From assembly GCA_019057865.1 (NCBI GenBank), contig JAHLWP010000003.1:32001-96000 (forward strand): a stretch of DNA of 64,000 nucleotides, in the 5' to 3' direction. Positions 41,430-50,681 of this stretch are shown here, in pieces. Under the pieces are notes generated by a model. It saw nothing but the letters and a program-made list of their open reading frames with translations, was not told the DNA's origin and did not search any database. This stretch comes from Promethearchaeota archaeon (GTDB lineage Archaea; Asgardarchaeota; Lokiarchaeia; Sigyniarchaeales; SOKP01). The position numbers and the translations under genes are program-made. The number at the start of each line of letters is the position of its first letter. The stretch's first letter is position 1.

Positions 41430-41688
41430 TTTAAGATTTTTAAGATATTTAAGATATTTATTTAAAATGATCTACTTATTAAATCATATATCTTATAATT
41501 AAACAACTAGTTTGAATAGTTTTTAATTTATATCTTTAGGATTTAATACCTACTTTTTTCAATAATATTACTAAATATTTGGATCAATAAAAAATAAAAA
41601 AGCGAAAATACAAAATATTATTGAATAAGGATTTTTTTTTTTATTAAAGCATCCTTTTATAAATAGCTGTAAATGGAGGAAATCTAAG

Positions 41689-42738
41689 ATGGAAGAAGAT
41701 ATCATAACCTCGGTTTTATATATTGAGCTTAATGATGAACTTGGACCAAACCCAATTGTTTGTCTTCCTTCTGATTTCTCTCTTGAAAATCAAATGCATA
41801 TAAGTATAAAAGTTATTACAATTCTTTCTGGTGAACATGGTCTGGTTCCAGAATCTCTCGTAATCCTTCCATTTCCTTCACTAAATTTAAAGGGATTGAT
41901 TAAATATATAATTTGGGATGATGAATCTCGTAGAGGTGATATTGGTCAATCTGCTATTACTGTACTTTTTAAAAATGTTGATGACGTTATATTTTATCAA
42001 TATAAGAATAATCTTGAGTTAATTTTTAATGAAATTGCAGCAAAAATCATTAAGTTAGAAAAATCAAAAGCAGATAAGAAATATATTACGAACGAGATAA
42101 AAACACTTGAAAGAGTTATATTAAATGCATTATATGAGTTGAAAGTTAAAGAAACTTCTACTCCAGATATGGAAGCTTTTCCTGAAATATCAAGAAAAAG
42201 TTTTGATTTTATAGATTATAAATTTAAGATAAGCATTTGTGGAGATCCTGGTGTTGGTAAAACTTCTTTAATTTTAAGATTTACTAAAAAAGCGTTTAGA
42301 AGAAAGTACATTCCAACATTAGGAGTCGTGGTTTCAGATCGAGCTTTTAAGATCGACGATTCTGTTGTTCAATTGGTAATTTGGGATATCGCGGGACAAG
42401 TAAAGTTCGAAACCATGAGACGACAGTTTTATCTCGGAACAGATGGGGTTTTCTTAGTATTTGACTTAACTAGCTCTAAATCTTTCGATAGCATTCTAAG
42501 ATGGTATCAAGATATTGAAAACCAATTGAAAAAGACAAGAGAAATTATAGGATTTATAATAGGTAATAAAAATGATTTAATCAATGAAAAAATTGTTGGA
42601 TTTGAACAAGCAAATAAGTTAGCAAATGATCTGAATCTTAACTTTATAGAAACTTCAGCTTTAACAGGAGAAAATGTTGAACAAGCTTTTTATGACATTG
42701 CCAAAACTTTATATGAATCATTAAAGAATGATTTATAA
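41689..42738 (+). CDS. uDENN/longin + Rab-like small GTPase
   Basis: LYIELNDELGPNP; GDPGVGKTS, YIPTLG, WDIAGQ, GNKND, ETSAL. Confidence 0.9.
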   Translation: MEEDIITSVLYIELNDELGPNPIVCLPSDFSLENQMHISIKVITILSGEHGLVPESLVILPFPSLNLKGLIKYIIWDDESRRGDIGQSAITVLFKNVDDVIFYQYKNNLELIFNEIAAKIIKLEKSKADKKYITNEIKTLERVILNALYELKVKETSTPDMEAFPEISRKSFDFIDYKFKISICGDPGVGKTSLILRFTKKAFRRKYIPTLGVVVSDRAFKIDDSVVQLVIWDIAGQVKFETMRRQFYLGTDGVFLVFDLTSSKSFDSILRWYQDIENQLKKTREIIGFIIGNKNDLINEKIVGFEQANKLANDLNLNFIETSALTGENVEQAFYDIAKTLYESLKNDL

Positions 42739-42777
42739 TAAAAATCCATTCAAAAATTTGATTTCTTTTAAGTTATA

Positions 42778-42803
42778 CTTCGTGAAAGCTGAGTTTCACG
42801 AAG
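42778..42803. repeat. perfect 10-bp hairpin between the tandem longin-Rab genes
   Basis: CTTCGTGAAA-GCTGAG-TTTCACGAAG. Confidence 0.8.
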
Positions 42804-42941
42804 AAAATTCATAGTTATATGAAATAAAAAAAAAGGTTATTTATTCTTCATCTTCTTCTTAAATTATAATAATTTATATAAATTAATCATATATAGTACC
42901 AATTTTTTTTTAATTAAGTTATAAATTTATTGATACTTACG

Positions 42942-43982
42942 ATGGCTAAAGAACTAATAAAAGCAATAATTTTTACAGAATTTGACGAAGAACTTGGACC
43001 AAATCCGGTTTTATGGTACCCTTCTGATTTACCTGAGAGCTTTCGCATGGTAGTTAGTATTAAATCAATTACAATTCTTTCAGCAGACCAAGGATTGATG
43101 CCGAAATCTCTAATCATTATGCCATTTCCCTCATTAAACTCGAAAGGTATAATAAAATATATTGAAAAAGAAGATAAATCTCGCCGCGGTGGTGTTGCTC
43201 AATCATCTATCACTTTACTTTTCAGTGAAATTGATGATCTGATTTTTTATAAATATTTGATCTTTCTAGAACCTGCATTTAATGAAACTACTCAAGAAAT
43301 AATAAAAATAGAAGATATTAAAACAAATAAAGAAATTCTTTCTAATGAAATAGATAATTTACGGACCGAAATTTTAAATATTTTAGAGGACCTCCGAATA
43401 AAAGAACAATCTGTCCTAAAAACTGAAGCTTTTCCTGAAGAACCTGTAGAAGATAAAGAGGTCATAAAATATAAATTTAAAATAGTGGTTTGTGGTGATC
43501 CGGGGGTAGGAAAAACTTCCACTATTTTAAGATTTACTGATAATGCCTTTATACGTACGTATATTCCAACCCTAGGGGTTAATATTAGCGAAAAAAATGT
43601 TAAGATTGATGGAAACTTAGTTGGATTAATTCTCTGGGACATAGCTGGGCAAAGCAAGTTTGAAACAATGAGAAAACATTTCTATAAGGGAACAGAAGCA
43701 GTTATTTTAATATTTGATTTAACAAATTTGAAATCCTTTGAGAGCATACCTAAATGGTATGAAGACATAAAAAAATATGTAATAGCTGATAATAAAATTG
43801 TTGGATTTATCTTAGGAAACAAGGAAGATTTAGAAGATAGTAGAATAATTGCTAAAAAAGATGCTAATAAAATTGCAAAAGAACTTGGCCTTGATTATAT
43901 AGAAACTTCTGCTTTAACTGGAAAAAATGTAGAGTTAAGTTTTCATAAAGTAGCAGAAGCTTTAATTAATTCTAAAAAATAA
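42942..43982 (+). CDS. uDENN/longin + Rab-like small GTPase (tandem paralogue)
   Basis: IIFTEFDEELGPNP; GDPGVGKTS, YIPTLG, WDIAGQ, GNKED, ETSAL; ATG start chosen over the TTG at 42930. Confidence 0.9.
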   Translation: MAKELIKAIIFTEFDEELGPNPVLWYPSDLPESFRMVVSIKSITILSADQGLMPKSLIIMPFPSLNSKGIIKYIEKEDKSRRGGVAQSSITLLFSEIDDLIFYKYLIFLEPAFNETTQEIIKIEDIKTNKEILSNEIDNLRTEILNILEDLRIKEQSVLKTEAFPEEPVEDKEVIKYKFKIVVCGDPGVGKTSTILRFTDNAFIRTYIPTLGVNISEKNVKIDGNLVGLILWDIAGQSKFETMRKHFYKGTEAVILIFDLTNLKSFESIPKWYEDIKKYVIADNKIVGFILGNKEDLEDSRIIAKKDANKIAKELGLDYIETSALTGKNVELSFHKVAEALINSKK

Positions 43983-44001
43983 TGAGAAATCAATTAGAAT
44001 A

Positions 44002-44577
44002 ATGGAATTAGAAGAAATTATATATAAAAGAAGGACTATCAGAAGATTTAAGCAAGATTCAGTTCCATTAGATATATTAAAAAAGCTGATAGATTTTGCT
44101 CGTGTTGCTCCAATGGCAACTAATCGGCAAGCTCTTGAATTTATTATCATTCAGAATGACGAAAGTCGCCAAAAACTATTTCCATTGGTAAATTGGGCAG
44201 CACTTCTACCAAAAAATGAAAGAACTCCTGAGAAGGGAAGAGAACCTACAGCTTATATAATTATTCTTGTAAATACTAAAATAAAAAAAACTTATGTTGA
44301 TTTTGATGTTGGAGCAGCAGTTGAAAATATTCTTCTTGGGGCAGTACATTTTGGATTAGGTTGTTGTTGGATGGGAAGTATTAATGCAAAAAAGATTCGA
44401 GAATTATTTGAGATTCCTGACTATTATGATATAAAGCATGTTATAAGTTTAGGATATCCAGATGAATTAACTATCATTGAACCTTATAAAGGTTCCTTTA
44501 ATTATTGGAAGGATGAAGAAGGTACCATACATGTACCTAAAAGAGATTTAAATGATATAATTTTCAAAATATATTAA
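44002..44577 (+). CDS. nitroreductase family protein
   Basis: RRTIRRF, APMATNRQ, DVGAAVENILLGA..GLGCCW, LGYP. Confidence 0.92.
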   Translation: MELEEIIYKRRTIRRFKQDSVPLDILKKLIDFARVAPMATNRQALEFIIIQNDESRQKLFPLVNWAALLPKNERTPEKGREPTAYIIILVNTKIKKTYVDFDVGAAVENILLGAVHFGLGCCWMGSINAKKIRELFEIPDYYDIKHVISLGYPDELTIIEPYKGSFNYWKDEEGTIHVPKRDLNDIIFKIY

Positions 44578-44632
44578 TTTTGTATTCAGATTTAAGTTAA
44601 AAGAATTTAGAATTAAATCATATTTATTACAA

Positions 44633-45679
44633 ATGCCTTCTGCTATTGGAGTAATAAATGCTTTAACCGTTATTATATGGTTTACCCTTGGTTTAATATG
44701 GGGGATATTTAGTCTAATTAAATCAAAGAAATCAAAATCATATGTTTTATTTTCTATGGGTTTAGCTGTATTATTTATAAGCTTTTTATATTCAGGTTTG
44801 GTCTTAGATTCATTATTAGTTCTTTTTACAGAGAGCAACTTAGATACAAATATACATGGTATTCTTACATTTTTCTGGTTTGGTCCTTTAGTAATTATAG
44901 GTACCTATATATTTAATGAACTTATTGCGATGAACTTTAAATTATGGTTGAAGTATTTAATTTTAATTTATTTTTCAATAATAAGTATAATCTTTGAAAT
45001 TCTGTTATTTTTAACTCATTCAAGTTCGATCATTTATAAAATTCCCTCAGAACCTGGTCAAGACTTAATTGATAATATCTTAGTTTTTTGGACACCTCCA
45101 TTTTATATGCTGGCAATTTCTTTATTTCCTGGGATTATAGTATTTAGTCTTTCATTTTTATATGGGGGTATTAAATCCTCAGGAATATTAAGAAAGAAAC
45201 TCATATTATTATTAATCACTTTTGCAGTATTTTTTGGTTTTGGTTCTTTAGATATTGCTATTTTCCCTTTAGATTTCTTTAATTTACCTAAAGGTACATC
45301 AATAATTATAATAAGAGTTTTTATGATTATTGGGGGATTTATCTTTTTTTTTAGCTTAAAAGAAGAATCCATTAAAGCTTCCATTAAAAAATTTAAATCT
45401 GAAGAACCATCTCTTATAGATATTTTAACTGAGACTAAATCTAAAGATATATCACAAGAAAAAATCTTAGCATTTCGAGAACAAACAATATGTCTAATCT
45501 GTGAAAGAGAAATACAAGGCTTTATTAAAATTTTCTTATGTCCTCAATGTGAAGCATTATATTGTGAAAGATGCGCACAAAAGATGATAGAAATGAGTAA
45601 TATGTGTTGGATATGTGATGAGCAAATTGACGAATCAAAACCTGTTAAGCAAGATAATGATATATCTGGAAGCCTATAA
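44633..45679 (+). CDS. seven-TM protein with C-terminal C4C4 RING-type zinc finger
   Basis: 7 TMs then CLIC-x12-CPQC-x4-CERC-x10-CWIC. Confidence 0.85.
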   Translation: MPSAIGVINALTVIIWFTLGLIWGIFSLIKSKKSKSYVLFSMGLAVLFISFLYSGLVLDSLLVLFTESNLDTNIHGILTFFWFGPLVIIGTYIFNELIAMNFKLWLKYLILIYFSIISIIFEILLFLTHSSSIIYKIPSEPGQDLIDNILVFWTPPFYMLAISLFPGIIVFSLSFLYGGIKSSGILRKKLILLLITFAVFFGFGSLDIAIFPLDFFNLPKGTSIIIIRVFMIIGGFIFFFSLKEESIKASIKKFKSEEPSLIDILTETKSKDISQEKILAFREQTICLICEREIQGFIKIFLCPQCEALYCERCAQKMIEMSNMCWICDEQIDESKPVKQDNDISGSL

Positions 45680-45875
45680 TTAAAAGCTATTTTTAAAATG
45701 CTAAAAAAAAGTAATATGACATCTCGCTTTACATTAACGTGAAAAAATTTTTAAGTAAATCGAGCAAAATTAATTATGTAATCTTTTGCAAATTTAGATT
45801 TTGTCATTAAAAAGAAAAACACAAGCTCAAATATAATACTAAATCTACTACTATAATACAAAAAAGGTGTAATAT

Positions 45876-46979
45876 ATTACTTTAACTCCTATTGGACTAT
45901 TTAACGGAATAACAGCAATTATTTGGTATATTACTGGCTTAATTTGGGGTTTCTTTAGTCTCTATAGATATAAAAAATCAAAAGCAGATATTTTATTGTA
46001 TTTTGGCTTAACAATTATATTCATAAGTATGTTTTTCACTGGTATTATTTTAGATTTTTTCACAATCCTCTTTACTGGCAAGAATTTGAATAATACCTCT
46101 GGAATTCATGGTATTTTAACATTTATATGGTTTGCTCCTACTCTCTCATTTGGGATATATATTGGTCTTGAATTTTTGATACCAGGTGTTAAAAAAGAAT
46201 TAAAAAATTCAATATTATTTACTTATATTATTTTAGCAATAATCTTTGATTTATTCCTTTTTTTAGACCCATTTGGTACTGTAGATTATAAGATGCCTTC
46301 AAAATCAGGGGAAAACTTAATTGATAATGTTTTAATTATAGGTTCTCCTGCTTCTATTTTAGTTATGATCTTTTTTGCAACAGCAATACTGTTCTATGTT
46401 GTAAGATTTTTGTATGGATCTGTTAAATCAACAGGTCTCTTAAGAGAGAAATTCACTAGACTAACTATATGTTTTTTTCTCTTAATAGGGTTTGGAACAG
46501 TGGATATTTTATTTTTCCTGCCGACTATAATTTTAATTATTGTTAGATATGGAATGGTTGTTAGTGGACTTTTTTTTGTTTTGGGAGTAAAAAAAGAAGA
46601 AGCGCCAACCAAACCAAAAGAAGTTATTCATGATGATGAAGTTGAGAGTGGAGTCCTAACAACTTCATTATCCAAGGTTTTATCATATTCTAGACCATCT
46701 GATATATCTACAAATGATATTGAGTTATATCGAAAACAAACAATCTGTTTAGTTTGTAAAAAAAAATTAAAAGGATTCATAGACGTTTTTATTTGCCCTA
46801 AATGTAAGTCATTTTATTGTGATAAATGCGCTCAAATATTAACTCAGTTAGAAAATATGTGTTGGTCATGTAATAATCCAATTGACGATTCAAAACCCAT
46901 TAAACCTTTTAAAATTGAAGAAGAAGATATCGATATCAGCATATCAGAAGGATCAAGGAAAACACTCAGAGAGGAATAG
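45876..46979 (+). CDS. seven-TM protein with C-terminal C4C4 RING-type zinc finger; probable ATT start
   Basis: frame extends 40 codons upstream of the TTG at 45996 and encodes a TM1 homologous to that of 44633; AGGTG lies 6 nt before ATT; CLVC-x12-CPKC-x4-CDKC-x10-CWSC. Confidence 0.8.
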   Translation: MTLTPIGLFNGITAIIWYITGLIWGFFSLYRYKKSKADILLYFGLTIIFISMFFTGIILDFFTILFTGKNLNNTSGIHGILTFIWFAPTLSFGIYIGLEFLIPGVKKELKNSILFTYIILAIIFDLFLFLDPFGTVDYKMPSKSGENLIDNVLIIGSPASILVMIFFATAILFYVVRFLYGSVKSTGLLREKFTRLTICFFLLIGFGTVDILFFLPTIILIIVRYGMVVSGLFFVLGVKKEEAPTKPKEVIHDDEVESGVLTTSLSKVLSYSRPSDISTNDIELYRKQTICLVCKKKLKGFIDVFICPKCKSFYCDKCAQILTQLENMCWSCNNPIDDSKPIKPFKIEEEDIDISISEGSRKTLREE

Positions 46980-47129
46980 CACATAATAATAGTCACATAA
47001 TAATTATAAATAAATGAAATTAAGATTACATAAAAAGAAATAAAATATTTAAATATATAATATAAATTTTAAAATAAATTAAATTAATCATTAAAAAACT
47101 AAATTATTTAAAAAAAGAGAGAGATTTAT

Positions 47130-47396
47130 ATGCGAATAACAGTTGAGGATTCACGAACAGGTAAAGTTATTAAACTTGATGTTAAGGAACATCATACAAT
47201 TGAAAGGATTATAGACATAATTGTAAAGCATATGGGCATTATTAGTGCTGAGGAACGTGCATACACTTTAGTATTAAATGGAAAGGAGTTACCTACAACA
47301 ATAACCATCGAGGATTCTGTCCATAAATTTGGTTTAAAAGAAAACGACAAATTAGCCTTATGGGCAAGAGTCATAGGGGGTTATTATAAACATTAA
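47130..47396 (+). CDS. ubiquitin-like protein with GG and a 4-residue C-terminal extension
   Basis: MRITVED..GKVIKLDV...TIERI...LVLNGKEL...GLKENDKLAL..RVIGG-YYKH. Confidence 0.9.
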   Translation: MRITVEDSRTGKVIKLDVKEHHTIERIIDIIVKHMGIISAEERAYTLVLNGKELPTTITIEDSVHKFGLKENDKLALWARVIGGYYKH

Positions 47397-47471
47397 ATTA
47401 TTTTTTAATTGGAGATAATACAAAGGTTTTCCAATTATTAAAGTTAAGATTAAGAACGATATTTAACTTTT

Positions 47472-48029
47472 CTAATCTATGATGACTATGTCATCCTTTT
47501 CTTCCTCTTCTTCTTCAATTTTGAATTCTCTCTTGAGGTCTTCCATAGTATTTTGCTTAAAAAAATTTGCTGCTTCTAAACAGACATCATATTTTAATGG
47601 ATCATCTGGATTAGGATTCTCCACTAATTTTTGCAAGGCTTTGACGGTAGTCTCTAAATCTGTAAGTCTTGACCATTTTTTTAGAATGTTTAAACAAATA
47701 TAGCCAGTTCCAGATTCGTAACGCAAGGGGGCTTTAGCAGGATGAATATTGGGATGAAATATATTTGATTGCCAAGAGAATCTAATACCTCCAGGATATG
47801 GAAAAGCTCTATTTAGTTCCAAATGAATTTGATGATCTTTCTGAGGAACAATATCAATTCCTTCCTTAAAAGTACCCATAATAAAACCTAAGGCTTTTAA
47901 ATTGATTAAAAACTTAACACTATTATCACTTTGAATTATTGAATTCGTATCGATAACGTTTAAGCTTTTTAAACTTTTAATTTCATTTTCAATCCTATTT
48001 TTCCAAATTTCTAAAGGAAGTTCTGGCAT
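47472..48029 (-). CDS. ubiquitin-conjugating enzyme E2
   Basis: FPYP, IFHPNI, GYICLNILKKW (active Cys), PNPDDPL; acidic tail. Confidence 0.93.
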   Translation of the reverse strand: MPELPLEIWKNRIENEIKSLKSLNVIDTNSIIQSDNSVKFLINLKALGFIMGTFKEGIDIVPQKDHQIHLELNRAFPYPGGIRFSWQSNIFHPNIHPAKAPLRYESGTGYICLNILKKWSRLTDLETTVKALQKLVENPNPDDPLKYDVCLEAANFFKQNTMEDLKREFKIEEEEEEKDDIVIID

Positions 48030-48124
48030 CTTTTTAAAATTAAAAATCTCATTAAGTTACATATTGATATTTTCTTTCTTTATATTTATAATAATCATTT
48101 TTTATTTTGAAATGGATTTAATCT

Positions 48125-49003
48125 TCATTTATTATCCTTATAAGAACATGTCCAACAATCTGGATTCTTTAACTTTTCAATAACTTCAAATTTATTTATT
48201 AGTCCATTGTAATTTAATTGTTTTCCTATTAGTGGTTCACCAATATGAGGATTCCATTTACCTTGTTCCTTAAAATGATCATTTCCTAATATAAATTTTA
48301 TTACTTGTTGAGATTGAATTCCTCCAATAATAGAAGTTGTAGTAATTATAGTTGCAATTTTACTAATAGTAGCTCCATTCGAAGATTCGATTTCTTCTCC
48401 CGTACAGGAAAACTTTAACCACATTAGATCTAGATCAGCGCCAGAAATCCCGCATTGCAAACAAGCAGCATCAGCAACTCCAGAATAAACAGCTTGGACT
48501 GATCCAAAGAATTCATCAATTCCAGAATCAATAAAAGGTACTTGATAATAATAAGCATAATTATTTGCTTCAAGTCTAGCTTCAACATTATCAAGACAAG
48601 AGCAAATCACATCCACTTGTTTATACAAATCTTTATCTATCTCATTAAGAGCTTTCTTTATTGTTAAAATTTTAACTTCAGGGTTGAGTTTTTCACACGC
48701 TGCTTTAATGATATCTACTTTATATTTATTTTCTACTTTATTTTCCATATTAAACAAAATACATCGATTAAGATTAGATTTTTCAATAATATCATAATCA
48801 ATAATAATTAACTTTCCAATTCCACTCAAGCATAAATTTTTAGCGACTTCGTTACCGGTTGCACCAACCCCTATTATCATTACCGTCGCATTTGAGATCT
48901 TATTTTGGTCCCATCCAGCAATTCGTTTCTGCCGATCATACTTATCGTCATTTATATCCTCCTCTCCTAAGAATTTATATTCATTATCACTATTTTCTGT
49001 CAT
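48125..49003 (-). CDS. ubiquitin-activating enzyme E1 (ThiF/UBA-like)
   Basis: YDRQ, GVGATGNE, DYDIIEKSNLNR, CLDNVEAR, CLQC...FSCT (candidate catalytic Cys)...CWTC. Confidence 0.93.
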   Translation of the reverse strand: MTENSDNEYKFLGEEDINDDKYDRQKRIAGWDQNKISNATVMIIGVGATGNEVAKNLCLSGIGKLIIIDYDIIEKSNLNRCILFNMENKVENKYKVDIIKAACEKLNPEVKILTIKKALNEIDKDLYKQVDVICSCLDNVEARLEANNYAYYYQVPFIDSGIDEFFGSVQAVYSGVADAACLQCGISGADLDLMWLKFSCTGEEIESSNGATISKIATIITTTSIIGGIQSQQVIKFILGNDHFKEQGKWNPHIGEPLIGKQLNYNGLINKFEVIEKLKNPDCWTCSYKDNK

Positions 49004-49021
49004 AATTTTACAGGACTATTT

Positions 49022-49540
49022 CTACTTGATAATGGCATAACTAATTTCTTTATACCCATTTTCGGATTGATCATTTAAAGTAAAAAATTTAAATTCATCT
49101 CTAATTGGATCAACAACTAAAGCTACATGATACGATCTATTAAAAATTAAGCTTTGCGTAGTTAAATCAACACTACTTAAAAAGCATCCAATATTTGGAT
49201 GGGAATGCCACCATCCTAAATTTAGTAAGTTTTCATTATTTTGATCTAATTTCAATTTATCATATTCCTCCGAATATTTAGAAAATTCAAATTGAATATT
49301 ATTTATTATTCCTTTTTCTCCTGATTCTTGAAATGAAAATTCATTTGCTATGAAAGCTTCCTTTATGTAAAGATAATGATTTAATAAAATATATTTCTGT
49401 TTATTCCAAATGTAGCGTTCTCCAACTAAATAACCAAAAACTTCATTTACATTTTCTTTACATATCTTTTTAATCCCTTCTATTACTTCTTTAGTAATAT
49501 ATAATGGAAATACGTAATTCTCGTCAATTGTCATAATCAT
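49022..49540 (-). CDS. JAB/MPN+ (JAMM) metalloprotease, Rpn11/CSN5-like
   Basis: EVFGYLVG...GWWHSHP..GCFLSSVD..TQ...ALVVDP. Confidence 0.93.
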   Translation of the reverse strand: MIMTIDENYVFPLYITKEVIEGIKKICKENVNEVFGYLVGERYIWNKQKYILLNHYLYIKEAFIANEFSFQESGEKGIINNIQFEFSKYSEEYDKLKLDQNNENLLNLGWWHSHPNIGCFLSSVDLTTQSLIFNRSYHVALVVDPIRDEFKFFTLNDQSENGYKEISYAIIK

Positions 49541-49568
49541 GAAATTTTATTGATTTTAAGTATCTATA

Positions 49569-50492
49569 TTAGTTTGATTTTTCTATTTCAGAAACTTCCT
49601 TTTGTTTCATTTGAATTTTATTATAAATAGAATTTTTTAGAATTTCATTCATTATTATAAAAATATTTTTAGCTGAATCTTCTTGGATTGCTGTAAATCC
49701 ATATGTCTTTGCACCAAAAGTTTCTTGAATTTCTTTAGGGTCGAAAGATGTTTCTTTTAAATCCTGAAAATTGGCAATAATATAAAAATCTGCTTTCAGA
49801 ACCTTCTTCTTTAGTTTTAAATATAATTTTTTAGTTCTTCTTAAATTACTTGCTGCTGAATTAGTTATAATACAGATAATGTCGCATATGTTTAACAAAG
49901 ATTTATAGTGCTTTGAATTACTTATTAAATCTTCTAAATCAATTTCTTTCAAGATAAATTGCTTTATATTTCCTAGATTTGTTATATCAACTGGTTTTTC
50001 AATTATTTCAGTCATATCATCATCTATATCTAAAACAGTCTCTCCAGGAAATAAATCCATGATAGTAGTTTTTCCTACACCAATTTCTCCAACAAATAAT
50101 ACTTTTGGGGAAATAAAAATATATTCTTCAACAAATTCATCAAAACTTTCGAATATCTTAGTTTTACCTGTCCAGTTCTCTAGATATGTTTGGTATCTAT
50201 TGATAAACTCATTTTTCATTAATTCAACTTTTTCTCTCACTTCATCTTCCAAATCTTCTATATCTGTTACAATGACAAATATACAATCAAATTCAGAAGA
50301 ATAGGAATATATAAATTTGAAATTTTTAAAGTTAAGTGATTTTATTTCACCAACTTTAACTGCTTTAGCAAATCCACTAATTGCTGTAAGGAAGCCGCTA
50401 ATTAAATCATCTTCTACTTCACTGGGTCTTATATAATTCTTTGAATAACATAGTATCCCTCCTTTTGCGATAACGTAAATTCTTGATATCAT
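49569..50492 (-). CDS. longin + degenerate small-GTPase-like domain
   Basis: IYVIAKGGILCYSK..DLISGFLTAI longin; GEIGVGKTT P-loop; no DxxG; ANFQD at the G4 position. Confidence 0.8.
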   Translation of the reverse strand: MISRIYVIAKGGILCYSKNYIRPSEVEDDLISGFLTAISGFAKAVKVGEIKSLNFKNFKFIYSYSSEFDCIFVIVTDIEDLEDEVREKVELMKNEFINRYQTYLENWTGKTKIFESFDEFVEEYIFISPKVLFVGEIGVGKTTIMDLFPGETVLDIDDDMTEIIEKPVDITNLGNIKQFILKEIDLEDLISNSKHYKSLLNICDIICIITNSAASNLRRTKKLYLKLKKKVLKADFYIIANFQDLKETSFDPKEIQETFGAKTYGFTAIQEDSAKNIFIIMNEILKNSIYNKIQMKQKEVSEIEKSN

Positions 50493-50524
50493 CTTCTCGC
50501 TTTGGTAAATTAGGTTAATGTTTT

Positions 50525-50569
50525 TATACTGAGTATGCCGGAATTTAATTGTCGGGGCAACTCAATATA
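50525..50569 (-). promoter_or_regulatory. hairpin in the putative leader of the longin-GTPase/JAB/E1/E2 unit
   Basis: minus strand UAUAUUGAGUUGCC...GGCAUACUCAGUAUA pairs with one bulge and one G-U. Confidence 0.45.
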
Positions 50570-50577
50570 CATCCATT

Positions 50578-50620
50578 TTAATTTAATTTAAGATAATAAG
50601 ATTAATTAAAATGATTATGA
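50578..50620. repeat. 43-bp upstream element shared with 54797..54839
   Basis: 39 of 43 positions identical by manual alignment; both copies precede paralogous longin-GTPase genes. Confidence 0.75.
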
Positions 50621-50681
50621 AAAATATATATAAATATAATTAAAAAGTTTGAAACTATAGAAAAATATCAAGGGAGCTCTT

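Noticed and set aside
41431-41462. Short tandem repeats (TAAGATATT-like; also TAAATATTTC at about 62231) and 8-bp inverted repeats at 24454-24475 and 38513-38531
   Set aside because: They are too short and AT-rich to distinguish from background
50525-50569. SECIS element
   Set aside because: It lies 5' of the gene, lacks the AUGA/GA core, and no in-frame UGA selenoprotein is evident nearby
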